A model generated the notes under the pieces. The model did no database searches and was not told the DNA's origin. It was given only the letters and a program-made list of their open reading frames with translations. Positions 14,030 to 26,495 of a stretch of 64,000 nt of DNA are shown piece by piece. The translations under genes and the position numbers were made by a program. Each line of letters starts with the position of its first letter. The first letter of the stretch is position 1. Source of the DNA: Octopus vulgaris (Eukaryota). The stretch is from assembly GCA_951406725.2 (NCBI GenBank), contig OX597814.1:129332001-129396000 (forward strand), in the 5' to 3' direction.

Positions 14030-14248
14030 CATCAACTTCCACCTCCTCCACCTCAGCATCTTCGTCAATTGTCACGACAGCCTGCTCGATGCCGCCGGCC
14101 AATCTCTTCGGCGTTGGCACTGATGTCGGCATCAGCAAGCCAGAGGAAGAGTCGTGGCAGCCACTACAGACATTCGGATGAGACTTGTTCAGTCAATAGC
14201 TTCAAATACCAATCTTACCAAACCAACACAGAGAACAGGCCAAAAGGT
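14030..14248 (+). CDS. GRIP1: Probable internal exon of the GRIP-like gene (Pro/Ser-rich PDZ6-PDZ7 linker)
   Basis: Open, GC-richer frame HQLPPPPPQHLRQ...TENRPKG between acceptor gtgcttcag and donor gtaagc at 14249; phase 0 end matches the 30511 exon. An alternative acceptor exists at 14001. Confidence 0.65.
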
Positions 14249-14715
14249 GTAAGCATTGGTAATCTTTAGCATATTGAGAATCTTCAAGTAATTAGATGCT
14301 AAAAGACTGCTTCCATTGTTTTGTTCTCTAACATTTACTACACTCACATTTTGGACTTTGGCACCAGCAAATGACTTTGGATTTACCCTTATTTTGCTGC
14401 CAAGTTGTTCAGTTGTTCATGTTTAGTCAATTAACCAAATAATTAGTTTTTCTTCCTATGCTGGTTGGTTGTTTTTTTAATTTTCTTTTTAACTTTGCGC
14501 TGCATCCTTCACAATAAAAAAATAAACAACTTGTACACTTCTTCTTAGCTTGCATGTGATAATGTTACAGTTCCATATTGATAGGTTGTGTATGTGTGTA
14601 ATAAGATGATCTGGTTCTTGACTGAAGATTGAAGGCTTCGAATGTCCCGTCCGTGTTTTTTGTGTCGTCTTCTAAATGTTTCACGTTCTTGTCCCAGTTT
14701 GTATATATTTTTTAT

Positions 14716-14771
<56 letters not shown>

Positions 14772-15079
14772 ATCACAAATAAGAAAATGGAGGAGAACAA
14801 TAGGTGGTTCAAATGTCCAAAAGTTGATGAACCACCTATCGTTCTCCTCCATTTTCTTATTTGGGATATAAATTAATGGTAAAATATCTCTTTACCTTCA
14901 CCCATTTAGCACATTAGGTAATGTAATTGCAATGCAATAAAAAACACTTGTACATTAATAATTGGGTATTCTACCAGCAGTATATTGGATAGATATTATC
15001 CCTTAGTGAGTTGAATTCACAACCCCAAACTTTCTTGGGGTTATATATATAATGTGTGTGTGATAATAGCTATCATGAT

Positions 15080-16330
15080 GATGTCAAGAATATTCATCTC
15101 TTTGGTGTTGTGACTAGTGCATGTTTTGGTGGAGTTGAGAGAAAGAAAGAGAAGTTGGATAGGAATACTTAAATTAAACTGGCATGAACCCAGCCAGCTC
15201 CAAGAAGCTGATGTAGTGGCAGAAAAGGCAGGCAGAGGAGACAGCATACTTATGGGCCAGAGAATGGATGGAGCATATTTGTGAGTAACCTTATAGCTAT
15301 TAGTGTACTGGCCCTTTTCCAGATGCTGTCGAGGAAGTTTGTATGCAACAACAGAAGGACCATCTCAGATGTGAAACAAATATTCCATTGTGCACCTTGC
15401 AAGTGCATTTTAGTGAATCAATAATTTTTAAGGACTGAAGCATCTTCTGATTCTAAAGAGAACCGGTTATTGGGTTGCAGTTCTAGCTTTGTTAATGATG
15501 TGCTTTTATTAAGAGAAATCCTCAGTGTTAGTGAAAACCAGCTGGGTGCTGCTCATGATTAAATGGTGTGTGGTGGAATATTGTTTTCTTGATAGGAGCA
15601 GCATATGTATTTTCTTGCTGTTCAGAGAAACAAGGCTGACATATCCCTTTGGAGGGTTTTACTTTCAAGGTCTCCGTGTGTGCTAAGTCATGTGGTGTTC
15701 AAGATGTGAATGGATGATGTATGGTTAGCAAGTGTTAGAGAGGAATGGAAAGTTGAATCATTACATAGAACTGTGTTACTGAGTGTGGTTGCAAGTAAGA
15801 CATTGAAGTATGGAGGTATGAAGCTGGAGATAGAACCAGACCCTGAGGCATATCAGGGTTTATAGAATGAGCAACAGAAAGAACTCCATCGTTACACACG
15901 GCAGTAATGTATTGTGATGGGAAACTCATTTCAAGAGATGAGAGATGGATTGTGTCCTAGGCAGGAAGTTTTGATTAGACATGATCAAAATCTCTGCTGG
16001 TGTTGAGGTCATCAACATTGCTTTCACCACATTCCTCCACAATGGGAGCTCATTTGTGTGTAAGCCACATATAGCGATATGTAGATCACTAGTGAATTTG
16101 GCTTTGCAGAAACCATACTGGTGGTTATTAAAGAGAGAGAGATTCAAGGCAGTAGAAGACATCTTTAATGGCTGTCTCCATTCTCTTAGATTTGTTACAA
16201 TTGAATGCAGTTGGGTGATAGTTGGCAGGGTCAGGGAGGTTGTTTTTCATGGAGATGAGATACAGTGTAGCATGTTTCCAAATATCTGGGTAGATCCTAG
16301 TAAGGAGAGATATATTGAAATGGTTGATAA
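15080..16330 (-). mobile_element. Highly decayed LINE reverse transcriptase remnant
   Basis: Minus-strand fragments HQYGF and DMPQGLVLSP (from GVPQGSVLSP); multiple stops and frameshifts; boundaries approximate. Confidence 0.65.
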
Positions 16331-16889
16331 GTTTAAGGGCTAGCTGTGGGCACAGTGTGTAAGGAGGATGGATGAGACACCATCAGGACTGGTGGTCTTG
16401 TCTTGAAGTGACCAAAATTACTTTCATACTTTGTGTGTATGTGTGTGTGTGTGCAAAGGGATAGAACTGAAGGAGTACAAGGGTATGGAATTGCCTCCAG
16501 ACTATTTGCCAATTGTGTACAATGGGGAGTCAGTTGCAAAGCTTTCACTGCTGGAGTACTACATGCAGAAACATCATTGTCATGAAATGGAAGGAAAGAG
16601 GACCCTGCAAAATTGACAGGAATCTTGTTTTGGCTAGGGACCAAAATGATTATTGGAGTTTAGAATGTGGGATAACTTAAGAGCTATTTAATGCACATAT
16701 GTGTATGCATGCATGCACGTACACAAACATGTGCACACACACACACAAAGCTTCTTTTCAGTTTCTGAATATCAAATTCACTCACAAGGTTTTGATTGGT
16801 ACTTACCAAAGATGTCACACCATTGAATTGATGCTGAAACCATATGGTTGGGGAGTGAAATTCTCAACTACACAGTCATAAGATATATG

Positions 16890-16949
<60 letters not shown>

Positions 16950-17849
16950 GGCAAATATATGTTTGTTTTATATTAGTCTTTTCATGCTGTCATGGGTTAG
17001 AAGAATGCCTATTGTGGTATTGTTTGAAGAGCCAAATGCCCTTCCTGCAACCAACACTGAACAGTTTTTCAATTAAGGGATTTTTCTTAAGATGAGTGTG
17101 TGTGTATTACATCCACATATATACACACACACAACACACAAATATATCAGAGCACTATCAAATAAGAAAATAGTTTACAAATGGATAGTAAGTTGACTAT
17201 TTTGATTTGTTAGTTCACATCAGTTGTAGTTATTCCTTAACCAAAGATGTGACGACAGAACAATCATTGCTTAAATGGCTGCTTGTTTGCTTGCTGAAGA
17301 AAACTTCTCTCCTGCTAAGTGTGTGGGAGGGCCCACAGGAACCACACTCATCTCTTCCATTGAATGGATAATAACATTTATGTATACTTATTTTTATTTT
17401 ATGAGAGAGAGAGAGGTGGAACAGAGGTATAGGTGTAATTAAAAAGCAATCACTAGTAAACAATATAAATAACAAAATCTAAAGGTTTCCTTGACAGAAA
17501 GGAAACTCCACTTCACACACACAGTACACTCTCACTCTCTTTCTCACACATACACACACATAATATTAATTTATATTAATGAATATGAGATAATTATTAC
17601 TGCTAATATGCTGTCATTCTGAAATTGTATCTTTAATCTGCTCCATATCTTCTGACCAAATAACACTTTACATCTAGCCAATCAGCATGCTCGTTTTTAC
17701 CTCTCACTTTTATGTAAACACCATCTGCATTCAACTAGATTGAGACATGTTTGTTTATATAATAGTGGTTAGATTAGATTAGCATTAGCTAATGCCAATC
17801 CAATCAAACTTCAAGAATTTTGCTATCATGTTTTATTAAGAACTATTTC

Positions 17850-19700
17850 AATAGACTTTTGTTTTCATGCTCTGTTACATGTGTGAACAAAAAACGTGGC
17901 ACTTTTCATCAGGGGTCTTGTAGCACATTGTCGTATTGCCTACTCTGTTGAAAGATTCCAGAAAATTATAAAATATCTTGATATATCATTGATAAATCAC
18001 AAACAAATTATTGAGGTAAAAATAACTCACCAGAGTCATATGATTGATAGAGGTTTAATATACATATACTATATTAAAAATAAAATTTCTAAATTCAAAT
18101 TTAAGAATTTCTAATTTAGGATTTTATTAATCTATTAGATATATAGTGGTGGACTGCGTCTAATAATATTGGTTGCCAGAAGACTAAGGGGGCCCACCTG
18201 AAACTACACACAATGCTATCATTTAATTTTTTTTTTTTTGTTACAAGTATTCTTTTTGACTGTCTACAAACACAGCCAGGCTGAAATAATTAATGCTTTC
18301 TTCCGAGAGTGAATAAAAGATTCTCAAACTTGAGGGGATGGGCCTCTTAGATAATAACATAGGCACTCCCATATATGGATTCTAATGGTGAAGCGGCCCA
18401 CTTGCCATCAGGCAAGCTGGCAACCTAGCCAGTCCGCCACTGGATACATATTCCTGATTATCAGGAAATACATATTTAATTTCATTAGTTTTGCATCCAA
18501 TCTACTGAAGAGAATGCTGTAAAAATATTATCAGCCTATATATATATAAAACAATTACAGCACGGAAGGCATATTAGCCATTCAAAGACTGTTAAATACT
18601 AAAAATGAGAAGATACTATTAAGGAACAATTTAAGGGAAGTGGGGATAAAGTTACGTTTCTTAACCTTGTTAAATGAAGATTATTGTTAATTTTGTGTTT
18701 ATAGCTAAATAAAAACAAAAAAAACTATGTCTAGTGAGGGTAGTCAAATAGGAGGGAAGCTAGCGGGCATTAAACTGAGTGCCTAATCCATCTTCCAGTT
18801 CAATAATAGGGACTTGTTGAGATGCACACATCTTGTAAAAATTTCTAATCTCAAATTTAGAATGTTGCTGCAGTTTTTCAGTCTAATAGGGTTGTGTTTC
18901 CTTTTGGCTATAAAAACCTGCACTTTTTTGATCTATTAATATATAGCCTAGATCTCTATGATGCTCCATATATATGTAGTATACTGCTGTTTTCGAGGAC
19001 CTAGTTATAGCTAACTAGCTTTGTGCTTTTCTTTTTTCCTATGTGCTTGAAAAAAAATGGTGGTTGGCATATCTTGTTTGGAAGTCATTTTTACAAAGTC
19101 CAGTGTATTTAAATTCATGGAACAGAGGTGACTTCAGCTTTGTAGATGCTTGAGCTAGCCATGCATGCCTGGTTTAGTGGGCAAGTATCTGGATTGTTCC
19201 TGCAGTCTTGGTTAGCTTATGTGAAATGATGTTTCTTATACTGGACTGCAGCTGTAGGAAACTTTCAAGGAACATCTATTGAAGATTTTGTTATTTATTG
19301 TTGTTATAGTAGAAGGCTGCCTTATTGAAAACTCTTTTTAGTGGAAGAGGTTAGAGTCCCTATTATTAAGGTTTTTAAGGATGAAAGGAGCAGCAAGTTT
19401 GTTTGTATACCTAAGTTTTGATTTGATTTATGGGAGGCCTCGTAAGTGTTAAAATCTGGGTATAGGGAAGCATCTAAGAGGTTTCATAATGTTTTCTTTT
19501 CATGACGTTTTCTCTTCCTCATGTAGCCATGTCATTTAAATCTGCATGTTGGTCAGCTTATGTGCTGTATACTATACAGACTGTATGGTTATTGCACTAT
19601 CCAAACATGAAACTTGAAGTAGCTAATGTGTTACTCCTGTGTTCATTAAATATTTATCTCTCTTTGGATTGAGTACCATTTTGCTGATCCTATCAACAGG
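17850..19700 (-). mobile_element. Decayed Penelope-like retroelement 3' part (GIY-YIG endonuclease remnant)
   Basis: Minus-strand translation near 19050-19210 gives DCRNNPDTCPLNQACMASSSIYKAEVTS and, after a frameshift, FKYTGLCKNDFQTRYANH, a GIY-YIG pattern (IY...YxG...R). A CUGAUGA...GCAUGAAA...GUC remnant lies downstream near 17853-17912. Boundaries approximate. Confidence 0.7.
18144..18442. mobile_element. hAT-type MITE nested in the Penelope-like remnant
   Basis: TIRs tagtggtggactg / cagtccgccactg; GC-richer than flanks; TSD ambiguous. Confidence 0.55.
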
Positions 19701-20283
19701 CAAACTGTACTCTTTTGTTATATATTATAGATGTGTGTATGTGTATACATATATATATCTATATATCATCATCATCGTTTAATGTCTGCTTTCCATGCTA
19801 GCATGGGTTGGATGATTTGACTGAGGTCTGGCAAACCAGATGGCTGCACCAGACTCCAATCTGATCTGGCAGAGTTTCTACAGCTGACCACTCCACAGAC
19901 ATGCATAGCTGTAATATAGTTCTCAAGGAGATTCATTGTGACTATGAAAACCTATCTGGTCATGGAGAAATATTACCTTGCTTAAAAACAACTAAGGATT
20001 ACAATAGGAAAAGCATCCAGCCTGAGCAAATCTGCCACACCTCAATAAACTCCATCCAACCCGTGCAAGCATGGGAAAGTTGACATTAAAATGATGACGA
20101 TATATTATCCATTCTCGGTCATTTCTATTGCCATCCATTGCCTGCTCATGCCTGTGTCTCACCCATCCTGACCTTTGTCCACCTCTGCTATTGCCAGATA
20201 GAAGAGTGGCAAGGTTATTTGTTTATATGACTTAGGCTACGATGACCCATCCAACATATATCAATATGAAAAGCGAATGTAAA

Positions 20284-20341
<58 letters not shown>

Positions 20342-20529
20342 AAAGCAATGAGGCAAAGTGATATGGCCATAAACACTCTCGGAGCGGTGTTAGGAAGGGC
20401 ATCCAGCTGTAGAAACACTGCCAGATCAGACTGGAGCCTGGTGCAGCCTCCTGGCTTCCCAGACCCCGGTCGAACCGTTCAACCCATGCTAGCATGGAAA
20501 ACAGAGGTTAAACAATGATGATGATGATA

Positions 20530-21215
20530 TATATAGAAAGCAATGTATGTTCTTCAAGTGGTCACAGCCAAGATATATTTTACAATGCTATGCCAGGAAT
20601 CTGCCCCAAATTAGCATGGGGGATCTTTGATTTCATGGTGTGTCTCAGCCAATAACTTCAAAGTAGTTGTGTGGTCTTCGTTCATTGAGAAGCAGATTGA
20701 CTTTGGCTGCAGTATTCTCAAGAGATGCTAACAAGTTTTGTACATCATACAGTTGATGAGCTGTGAATGCAAGATCATCAGCATAGTTAAGGTCAAAGAA
20801 ATACATACTCTACACTAGATACTCCTTAACAGAATTTCCCCTTGCATTGGTTTCATTTTAAGAATGAACCAAAACAGCTTCGATACTGCCACAGATCCTT
20901 TCCCTTAAAAGAATTATATAAAATTTAAGAATCTTAACTAAAAGGCATCAATATTTGTGGATTTTTCCAAGTTACTTGTATCTGATAGTGTCATTAGATT
21001 GGCTATGTCACATGTCCTGTTGAACTATGGTATTTCGAGTGAGATTATCAAAATCATCATTATCAATCACAGAAAATCCATCAAGCTTTGTGTAAAGTAC
21101 AGACAATTCAATTAAACAGCTTTCAGCAACTTCCATAGTCCCTCAGTGAAAAAGCCTAACTTCTTTTCTCTTTCTCATCATAGTGGGTTACATCATCAGG
21201 CAAAATTTTGACCAC
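20530..21215 (-). mobile_element. Decayed LINE (RTE-like) reverse transcriptase fragment
   Basis: Minus strand near 20765-20795 reads DLNYADDLAF (YADD catalytic motif). Confidence 0.65.
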
Positions 21216-22816
21216 GTCTAAGTTAAAGCCTCACCTTCAAGCAGAAGTAATCAACAATGTATATGTTATATATATTACATTTATATTATATTTGGTGAAT
21301 GTGGCTGAAATATATTATCATATTAAAATAGTGTTTCATACTAAAAATGTACACCCCATTAGAAGACCTGATGCTGTAGAAATGTTGTTTCAATTGTCTA
21401 CACTGAGTTTTTCTACAGTCTGGCAAAATTCCATAATATCAGTGAATGTTTTATTCAATTTCCTTTATATCAAGGCATGAATTTCATTTAAGCAGCTGAA
21501 AATCAGATGCGTAACATTGAAAAGCCTCAACAAAGGTGAAACATGTTTGCCATTCTTGTGAGTCACCATAGTGATAATGTTCGCCTCTCTCAGATATTTA
21601 CTCTTTTACTTGTTTCAGTCATTTGACTGTGGCCATGCTGGAGCACTGCCTTTAGTCAAGCACATCGACCCCAGGACTTATTATTTGTAAGCCTAGTACT
21701 TATTCTATCAATCTCTTTTGCCGAACCGCTAAGTTACGGGGACGTAAACACACCAGCATTGGTTGTCAAGCAATGTTGGGGGCAGACAAACACAGATACA
21801 CAAACATATATATATATATATATGCATATACATATATACGATGGGCTTCTTTCAGTTTCCATCTACCAAATCCACTCACAAGGCTTTGGTCGGCCCGAGG
21901 CTATAGTAGAAGACACTTTTCCAAGGTGCCACACAGTAGGACTGAACCTGGAACCATATAGTTTGTAAGCAAGCTACTTACCACACAGCCACTCCTATAT
22001 ATTTTGTGATTTTAACACAATATTTTATATGCATTATACACACACACACACACACATATATATATACACATGGCATTAGGAAGGGCATCCAGCTGTAGAA
22101 ACTCTGCCAGATCAAGATTGGAGCCTGGTGCAGCCATCTGGTTCGCCAGCCCTCGGTCAAACCGTCCAACCCATGCTAGCATGGAAAGCGGACGTTAAAC
22201 GATGATGATGATACATACATAAACACACACATATATTTATATATAAAACAGTATACAATGGATTGGTTTAGGTGGAAGGGCTTGTGCCTATAGCCTGTGC
22301 TGGTACTCCAAGACAAATGACGTGAACATGGTGAATGTTCTTGGATGACTACAAGTTGATGACCGCATTAAAAAAACACCGTAGAAGCCATTATACTTGC
22401 TCATGAGAAATGCATTATTACAATCTACTTGAAAAAATGCTTGCTTCAGATAATTTATATAATTACAATTAATTATTATTAACACTGTTGTTTACTTATT
22501 TTCCTAATATTTATTTCTTTAAATTCCTTCCTTCTAATTTTTATTTTTTGTTTTCGTTCTGTTTTTTAAAAGTCTTTAAACCAGTGTGTAACTTCCAATT
22601 TTTATCATAACTTTTGTTTTGAAACAAAATATATATTGGTTTATTGTCTGCATGGTATGTAAATAATGGGAAAATATGAGTTCTACAGTTCTTAAAATAC
22701 GTAATGTTTTAACTGTAATTTACTTCAGTAATATACAAGATTAACTGCAAGAGTTTGTTAATGATAAACACTTAAGAACTGTAAATTAAGTAAGTAATAT
22801 ATTGTGTATACTTAAG

Positions 22817-23085
22817 GACAGACCTGGCTGCGGACCGTGATGTCTGGCGCCACGCGATCTTCAACGCGGTCAACGAGTTTGAAGAACACAGGAGAGACGT
22901 GCATAAAGACAAGGGACGCAGGGGGAAGGCCCGAGCCGCCTCTGACACGACACCGGATGTTACCTTCATCTGTGGACACTGCTCACGGACCTGCCTTTCC
23001 CCACATCGGATTTGTCAGTCATGAGCGTGCCTGAAGATGACGTAGACAACCATCCTAATCTTCGTTCGCGAAGCCAAGCCATGAT
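22817..23085 (+). mobile_element. RTE-clade LINE 3' end, CpG-rich
   Basis: DLAADRDVWRHAIFNAVNEFEEHRR...FICGHCSRTCLS then IGFVSHERA after a frameshift: RTE C-terminus with a C2H2 finger; approximate TSD atactt(tt)aagg. Confidence 0.8.
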
Positions 23086-23754
23086 ACTTTTAAGGTAGCG
23101 AGCGACAGAATCTTTAGAGCACCAAGACTTAATGTTCTGAGTTCAAATGCCACCGACCTATCCTCACAACCCCCAAAACTACTGAAACCAATATATAGTG
23201 TATACTTACGACCAAGTTAACAGTTAATTAACAATAATCAGTATTATATTTTTTCTTTATCTGTACTGATTATTGTTAATTCATATTATAAGTAGATGTA
23301 AATAATATAAAGTCAGCTAAATTTAAAACGAGTTATTTTAATATAAAAATTATAAGAACGTCATTTATTGATAGTTGTGTATAAGATCAGTGTTGAAAAT
23401 GTGTTTGTGGTAAATGCGTGTTTGTATATCATTTCAACTAAAGACTAACTGCTATTTCAACGTAATCACAAGAGAACTAGCGGTGTTTAAAAATTTATTG
23501 GAGGGGATATTCTATCACATTGACGCTTTTACCAAACTGGAGTGACTTGATTGTTCTGCTGGAATTTATATCAAACTCCCCTGCGTTATCTTGCAATTTT
23601 TTCAGGCCTTTTAGTGTAAGGGAAGTAACTCTGAAGTCATAGTCGGCTGTATAAGAATGTGTTCACCACAGTTAACGGGGTTCACACAGAACAGCGAGGA
23701 TCTAAACCAGCGATTCTCAACCGCGGCTCCAACGGTCTTCCTATTTAAATATAA

Positions 23755-23995
23755 GGATCTTTTCTTTTTGATGGACGGAATTTTCTAGTTAACTAAACAA
23801 TTTGAAACTTCGTATACTGGTAGAATGTGTCAAAAGAAAGTAGTTCGAAGAATTAAACTACGTTAAACTTACAAATTACAATTTTGTTTTCAATTTTGTT
23901 TACAATAATGTTTTCTTTTGACACATTCTACCAGTATACGAAGTTTCAAATTGTTTAGTTAACTAGAAAATTCCGTCCATCAAAAGGAAAGATCC
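23755..23995. mobile_element. MITE with about 84-bp TIRs and a perfect 8-bp TSD (Merlin-like)
   Basis: GGATC...GATCC termini, near-identical TIRs 23755-23839 and 23912-23995, flanked by aaatataa at 23747-23754 and 23996-24003. Confidence 0.85.
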
Positions 23996-24282
23996 AAATA
24001 TAATAATTTTTCCTTTAATTGACATATTTTAAAACATTTTCTGCGCCCCCCTCCCAATCCAGGTTTTGGATCAGGCCCAGATATTAAACGATAACGTGTC
24101 TATTCATTTCCTAATACGTTTTTTATTCGCTACAGCATTTATTGAAATTCTCTTGTGTTGAGATAATATAATATTGTATCAATGTATGATCGAGTAGTTT
24201 TTTATACTGTATTTATGATTATAAGTAGTAAGATGATAACTATTCATTTGTTGGTATATCAATCATGTAGCTATTAAGACGT

Positions 24283-24333
<51 letters not shown>

Positions 24334-24334
24334 A

Positions 24335-24373
<39 letters not shown>

Positions 24374-24612
24374 AAATAATATATAAATATATGCATATAT
24401 ACATATATGTACATACCTACATATATATGTATATATACATGCATATATGTGTACAGGACAAAAAAAAAACGTTGAACACAACGAGAAACGAAAACATAAA
24501 AACAAAAATATAGAAACAGACATTTTTTCGAACAACGAAAAAAAACAGAGAAACGAGACATATATACCATCATCGTTATAAACATATGCTTGTGTGTGTA
24601 TACACTTATGTA

Positions 24613-24645
<33 letters not shown>

Positions 24646-26056
24646 TTATTAGGTGCATGCGTCATGCGTATCTGTATAGTTAAGAAGCTTGCTTCCCAAC
24701 CGTATGGTTTCTGGTTGTCTCACTGATCAAAGCCTTGACAGTAGATTTAGTTGATGGAGACTGAAAGAAGTCAGTCATATATGTGTATTTGTACTTATGT
24801 GTATGCCCATGTCTTGACATTACATAGTAGTTGTATGCAGGCGCCATCATCATACAAGTGATGTCGTTTGTTTCCAATCTTCTGTGTAACACATCTGGCT
24901 GTGGGTGAATATCACCTTGCTCAGAAACAAGTGAGGGTTGATGGCAGGAAAGGCATCCAGCCACATAGGAATTCTGTCTGACCAATGCAAGCATAGAAAA
25001 GTGATAAAATCAATTATGATTTTATATATATATATATATATATATATACACTCTCTTACTTGTTTCAGTCATTTGGCTGCGGCCACGCTGGAGCACTGCC
25101 TTTAGTTGAGCAAATCGACCCCAGGACTTATTCTTTGGAAGCTAGTACTTATTCTATCGGTCTCTTTTGCCGAACCACTAAGTTACGGGGGACGCAAACA
25201 CACCACCATTGGTTGTCAAGCGATGTTGGAGGGGACAAACACATACATATACATATATACGATGGATTTCTTTCAGTTTCTGTCTACCAAATCCACTCAC
25301 AAGTCTTTGGTCGGCCCGAGGCTATAGTAGAAGACACTTGCCCAAGGTGCCACGCAGTGGGACTGAACCTGGAACTATGTGGTTGGTAAGCAAGCTACTT
25401 ACCACACAACCACTCCTGCACCTATATATAAACATAACTGAAAGAAGCTCATCATCTGTGTGTGTGTTTGTGTTTCATCATAGCATTACATGATAGTTGT
25501 AAACGAGTGTCACTATTACATTAGTGGTGTCAGTCATTTCCAATTTTCCAGGAAAACGTGTCAAGTCATGGAGACATATTACTTTGCTTGGACCCAAGTG
25601 AGAAGTGGCAACAGAAAAGACATCTAGCTATAGAAAACCTGCCTCAGAGAGTCCTATCTAACCCATGCAGGCATGGAGGAGTGGATGTTAAAGTGATAAT
25701 ATTTTGTATATGTGTGCCTTGGATGTCGTGTTGAAGAAGGAGCTGTTCATGCAGTTTTGGTTACTTTTTCTGATGAGTTGTAGTGCACCTGAGCACTGTA
25801 TACCATAAATTCATTGTTATTTTAATTATTATAAGGTAGTAAGCTGGCAGAATCATGAGTGGTATTTTGTCCATTCTGTGTTAAAGGTCCGCTGAGATTG
25901 ACTGCCATTTGTCCTTTCAGGGTTGATGAAATAAGTACCAGTTAAGCCACTATGGTCAGTGCAACTGACCAGCCCCATCTCTGCTAAAATTTAAGGCCTT
26001 CTGCCTGTAGCAGAATGATTTGTTATCATTATCAACAACAATATTATGATTATTAT

Positions 26057-26495
26057 AAGGCAGAGAGCTGGCAGAAATGTGAGCACGCTGGGCAAAATGC
26101 TTAGCAGTATTCGTCTGTTTTTTACATTCTGAGTTCAAATTCCACTGAGGTCAACTTTGCCTTTCATCCTTTCGGGGTTGATAAATTAAGTACCAGTTGC
26201 ATACTGAGGTTGATCTAATATGCTTGTACCCTCCCACAAAATTTCAGGCCTTGTGCCTAGAGTAGAAAAGAATATTTTAAGGTGGTGAGGTGGCAGAAAC
26301 GTTAGCACACCAGGTGAAATGCTTAGCAGTATTTCGTCTGTCTTTATGTTCTGAGTTCAAATTCCACTGACTTTGACTTTACCTTTCTTCTTTTTGGGGT
26401 CGATAAATTAAGTACCAGTTGTGTACTGGGGGTGATTTAATCAACTGCCCCACCTCCCAAAAATTTCAGGCCTTGTTCCTAGAGTAGAAAAGATT
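26057..26495 (+). mobile_element. tRNA-derived SINE family B, tandem pair (MetaSINE-like core)
   Basis: gagctggcagaa...ctgagttcaaattcc...gcctttcatcctttcggggttgataaattaagtaccag; also clustered at about 1-1075, 34988-35450, 46000-46385 and 60430-60830(-), usually next to (ATT)n. Confidence 0.85.

Noticed and set aside
14618-14650. CTGAAGA...TTCGAATGTC hammerhead-like string
   Set aside because: It lacks a full GAAA and a pairing stem I; at most a deleted remnant.
17670-17810. CCAAT boxes and a TGTAAACA forkhead-like site suggesting an intronic promoter
   Set aside because: Short motifs are expected by chance in 64 kb of AT-rich DNA, and there is no supporting exon.
23606-23615. AG...GTAAG-bounded mini-exon candidate
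   Set aside because: A 10-nt length would break the phase 0-0 frame between the 14030 and 30511 exons.
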